Assembly (NCBI RefSeq): GCF_036365525.1 | Contig: NC_090378.1 | Location: 115,615,593 to 115,679,592, forward strand | Length of the DNA stretch: 64,000 nt | Source of the DNA: Heterodontus francisci | Taxonomy: Eukaryota | Direction of reading: 5' to 3' | Shown here: in pieces, positions 62,330-64,000 of the stretch | Numbering within the stretch: the stretch's first letter is position 1 | Layout of the letters: each line of letters begins with the position of its first letter | Notes under the pieces: generated by a model | Database searches by the model: none | What the model was told of the DNA's origin: nothing | What the model saw: only the letters and a program-made list of their open reading frames with translations | Position numbers and translations under genes: made by a program

Positions 62330-62730
62330 GAGTGAGTTTCAGAGTCGGTGGATCATGTCTACATGGAGTGGGAGAGGTTGTGGCCCCTGTTCCATTATTT
62401 GAAGGGGCTGCTCCTCATCCTCTGGTTCCAATTCAGGCCCACGCTCCTGATCTTTGGCCACCCAGTGCAGAGGGGAGTGGGCAGGTTGGAGGCCCCTCCT
62501 CGTGGGTCTGCTCCTGGGCCTGGCCAAGGTGTCCATCCACAGGCCTGAGTTGGATGGGACCCGTGGGGGTGGTGGCACTGGCTGCCAGTCTCTCTAACAC
62601 AGCTTTGTCCCCACTCAGGAGGCCCTGGAGAAGGAGCAGGGGGTGTCTGCTGGGTCACTTGAGGCCTTCAGGCTGCGGTGGGCACCACAGGGACAGGAGT
62701 GTGCAGTGGATCGTGAAAATAACATCAGGC
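62330..62730 (+). mobile_element. Degenerate 3' ORF2 fragment of a Tx1/L1-clade LINE
   Basis: ORF 62348..62548 HVYMEWERLWPLFHYLKGLLLILWFQFRPTLLIFGHPVQRG resembles the region after the CCHC finger of vertebrate Tx1-like ORF2 (recalled similarity). Confidence 0.5.
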
Positions 62731-63198
62731 TTTAATTTGTTCAGTTTGCTTTCTATTTATGATTTCAATTTTATTCATTTTGACACTTTTCTAAATTGGA
62801 TTTTGATTGGTGGAAATTGTGTCACCCAGATTGTCCAATCAGATGAGAATAAACCTGTTTCCATAGTAACTGACCTGGGGTGTCTGACCTGGGATGGGGG
62901 GTCAATAATAATGATCAATAATTAGTCTGTGCTCATGAAGCGACTCCACCAGAACCCAGAGAGAATCGAATGAAGCAAAATGTCAAATCTCCAGAGCTGT
63001 GAGATTCTCACTGATGAAGACAGCAGCTCCTCGTCCTCTCGAAACTCCTCCATCCTTTCCCAATTCCTCACACCGTTCAGGGGAATGTTTTTGTCAACAC
63101 TCTCATCGACACATGTGGCAGCAATGCACAAAACAGGAAATATTTCCCAGATAGATAAGACAGGAGATTGAAGCAACTGTTTTAATACACCGTCTGTT

Positions 63199-64000
63199 TA
63201 TTATATAATAAATATAACTGTGGGATGTGTCAGTACAGGAGGTGGGACTGTGTGTCCATTATTATATATTATATTTAACTGTGGGATGTGTCAGTACAGG
63301 AGGTGGGACTGTGTGTCCATTATTATATATTATATTTAACTGTGGGATGTGTCAGTACAGGAGGTGGGACTGTGTGTCCATTATTATATATTATATATAA
63401 CTGTGGGATGTGTCAGTACAGGAGGTGGGACTGTGTGTCCATTATTATATATTATATATAACTGTGGGATGTGTCAGTACAGGAGGTGGGACTGTGTGTC
63501 CATTATTATATATTATATATAACTGTGGGATGTGTCAGTACAGGAGGTGGGACTGTGTGTCCATTATTATATATTATATATAACTGTGGGATGTGTCAGT
63601 GCAGGAGGTGGGACCGTGTGTCCATTATTATATATTATATATAACTGTGGGATGTGTCAGTACAGGAGGTGGGACTGTGTGTCCATTATTATATATTATA
63701 TATAACTGTGGGATGTGTCAGTACAGGAAGTGGGACTGTGTGTCCATTATTATATATTATATATAACTGTGGGATGTGTCAGTACAGGAGGTGGGACTGT
63801 GTGTCCATTATTATATATTATATATAACTGTGGGATGTGTCAGTACAGGAGGTGGGACTGTGTGTCCATTATCATAAATTATATATAACTGTGGGATGTG
63901 TCAGTAAAGGAGGTGGGACTGTGTGTCCATTATCATAAATTATATATAACTGTGGGATGTGTCAGTAAAGGAGGTGGGACTGTGTGTCCATTATTATATA
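63199..64000. repeat. 61-bp minisatellite (at least 13 copies, runs off the window): TATTATATATTATATATAACTGTGGGATGTGTCAGTACAGGAGGTGGGACTGTGTGTCCAT
   Basis: Pattern shifts by 1 nt per 60-nt line; copies are highly homogeneous. Confidence 0.98.

Noticed and set aside
62922-63176. 84-aa minus-strand ORF and TGTTTTTGT nonamer-like motif as a possible V exon
   Set aside because: No Ig V motifs in the frames examined, and no heptamer 12 or 23 nt from the nonamer-like sequence.
63199-64000. CACAGTC/CACAGTT heptamer-like motifs in each 61-bp unit (minus strand)
   Set aside because: No nonamer match at the spacings checked.

Overview
Eukaryotic genomic DNA from a cartilaginous fish (shark). The HE1-type V-SINEs, CR1/L2/RTE LINEs and the immunoglobulin sequence all support this; the species cannot be fixed from sequence alone. 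The only recognisable host gene is part of an immunoglobulin kappa-type (shark type III / NS4-like) light-chain cluster on the minus strand. It has an unrearranged J segment (60243-60277, FTFGKGTKLRL) with a 23-bp-spacer RSS, a 7.6-kb transposon-filled J-C intron, an intact C exon (52291-52619) and a poly(A) signal. No V segment is visible; an assembly gap lies 1.6 kb upstream of J. Two thirds of the window (~1571-44700) is one ~43-kb, strand-asymmetric, G-rich, AGCT-rich 26-bp tandem array with layered higher-order duplications, lying 3' of the C exon. The hundreds of ORFs called there are artefacts of a stop-free repeat unit. Three more minisatellites (45/43, 67/68 and 61 bp) are present, and all four arrays share a CAGTAYNGG core. 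The most interesting but unproven leads are the switch-region-like composition of the giant array, a kappa-deleting-element-like RSS downstream of C paired with an isolated intron heptamer, cryptic 12-RSS-like motifs in the 43-bp repeat units, and a young RTE LINE inserted at a CCAAT/kB-like motif cluster.
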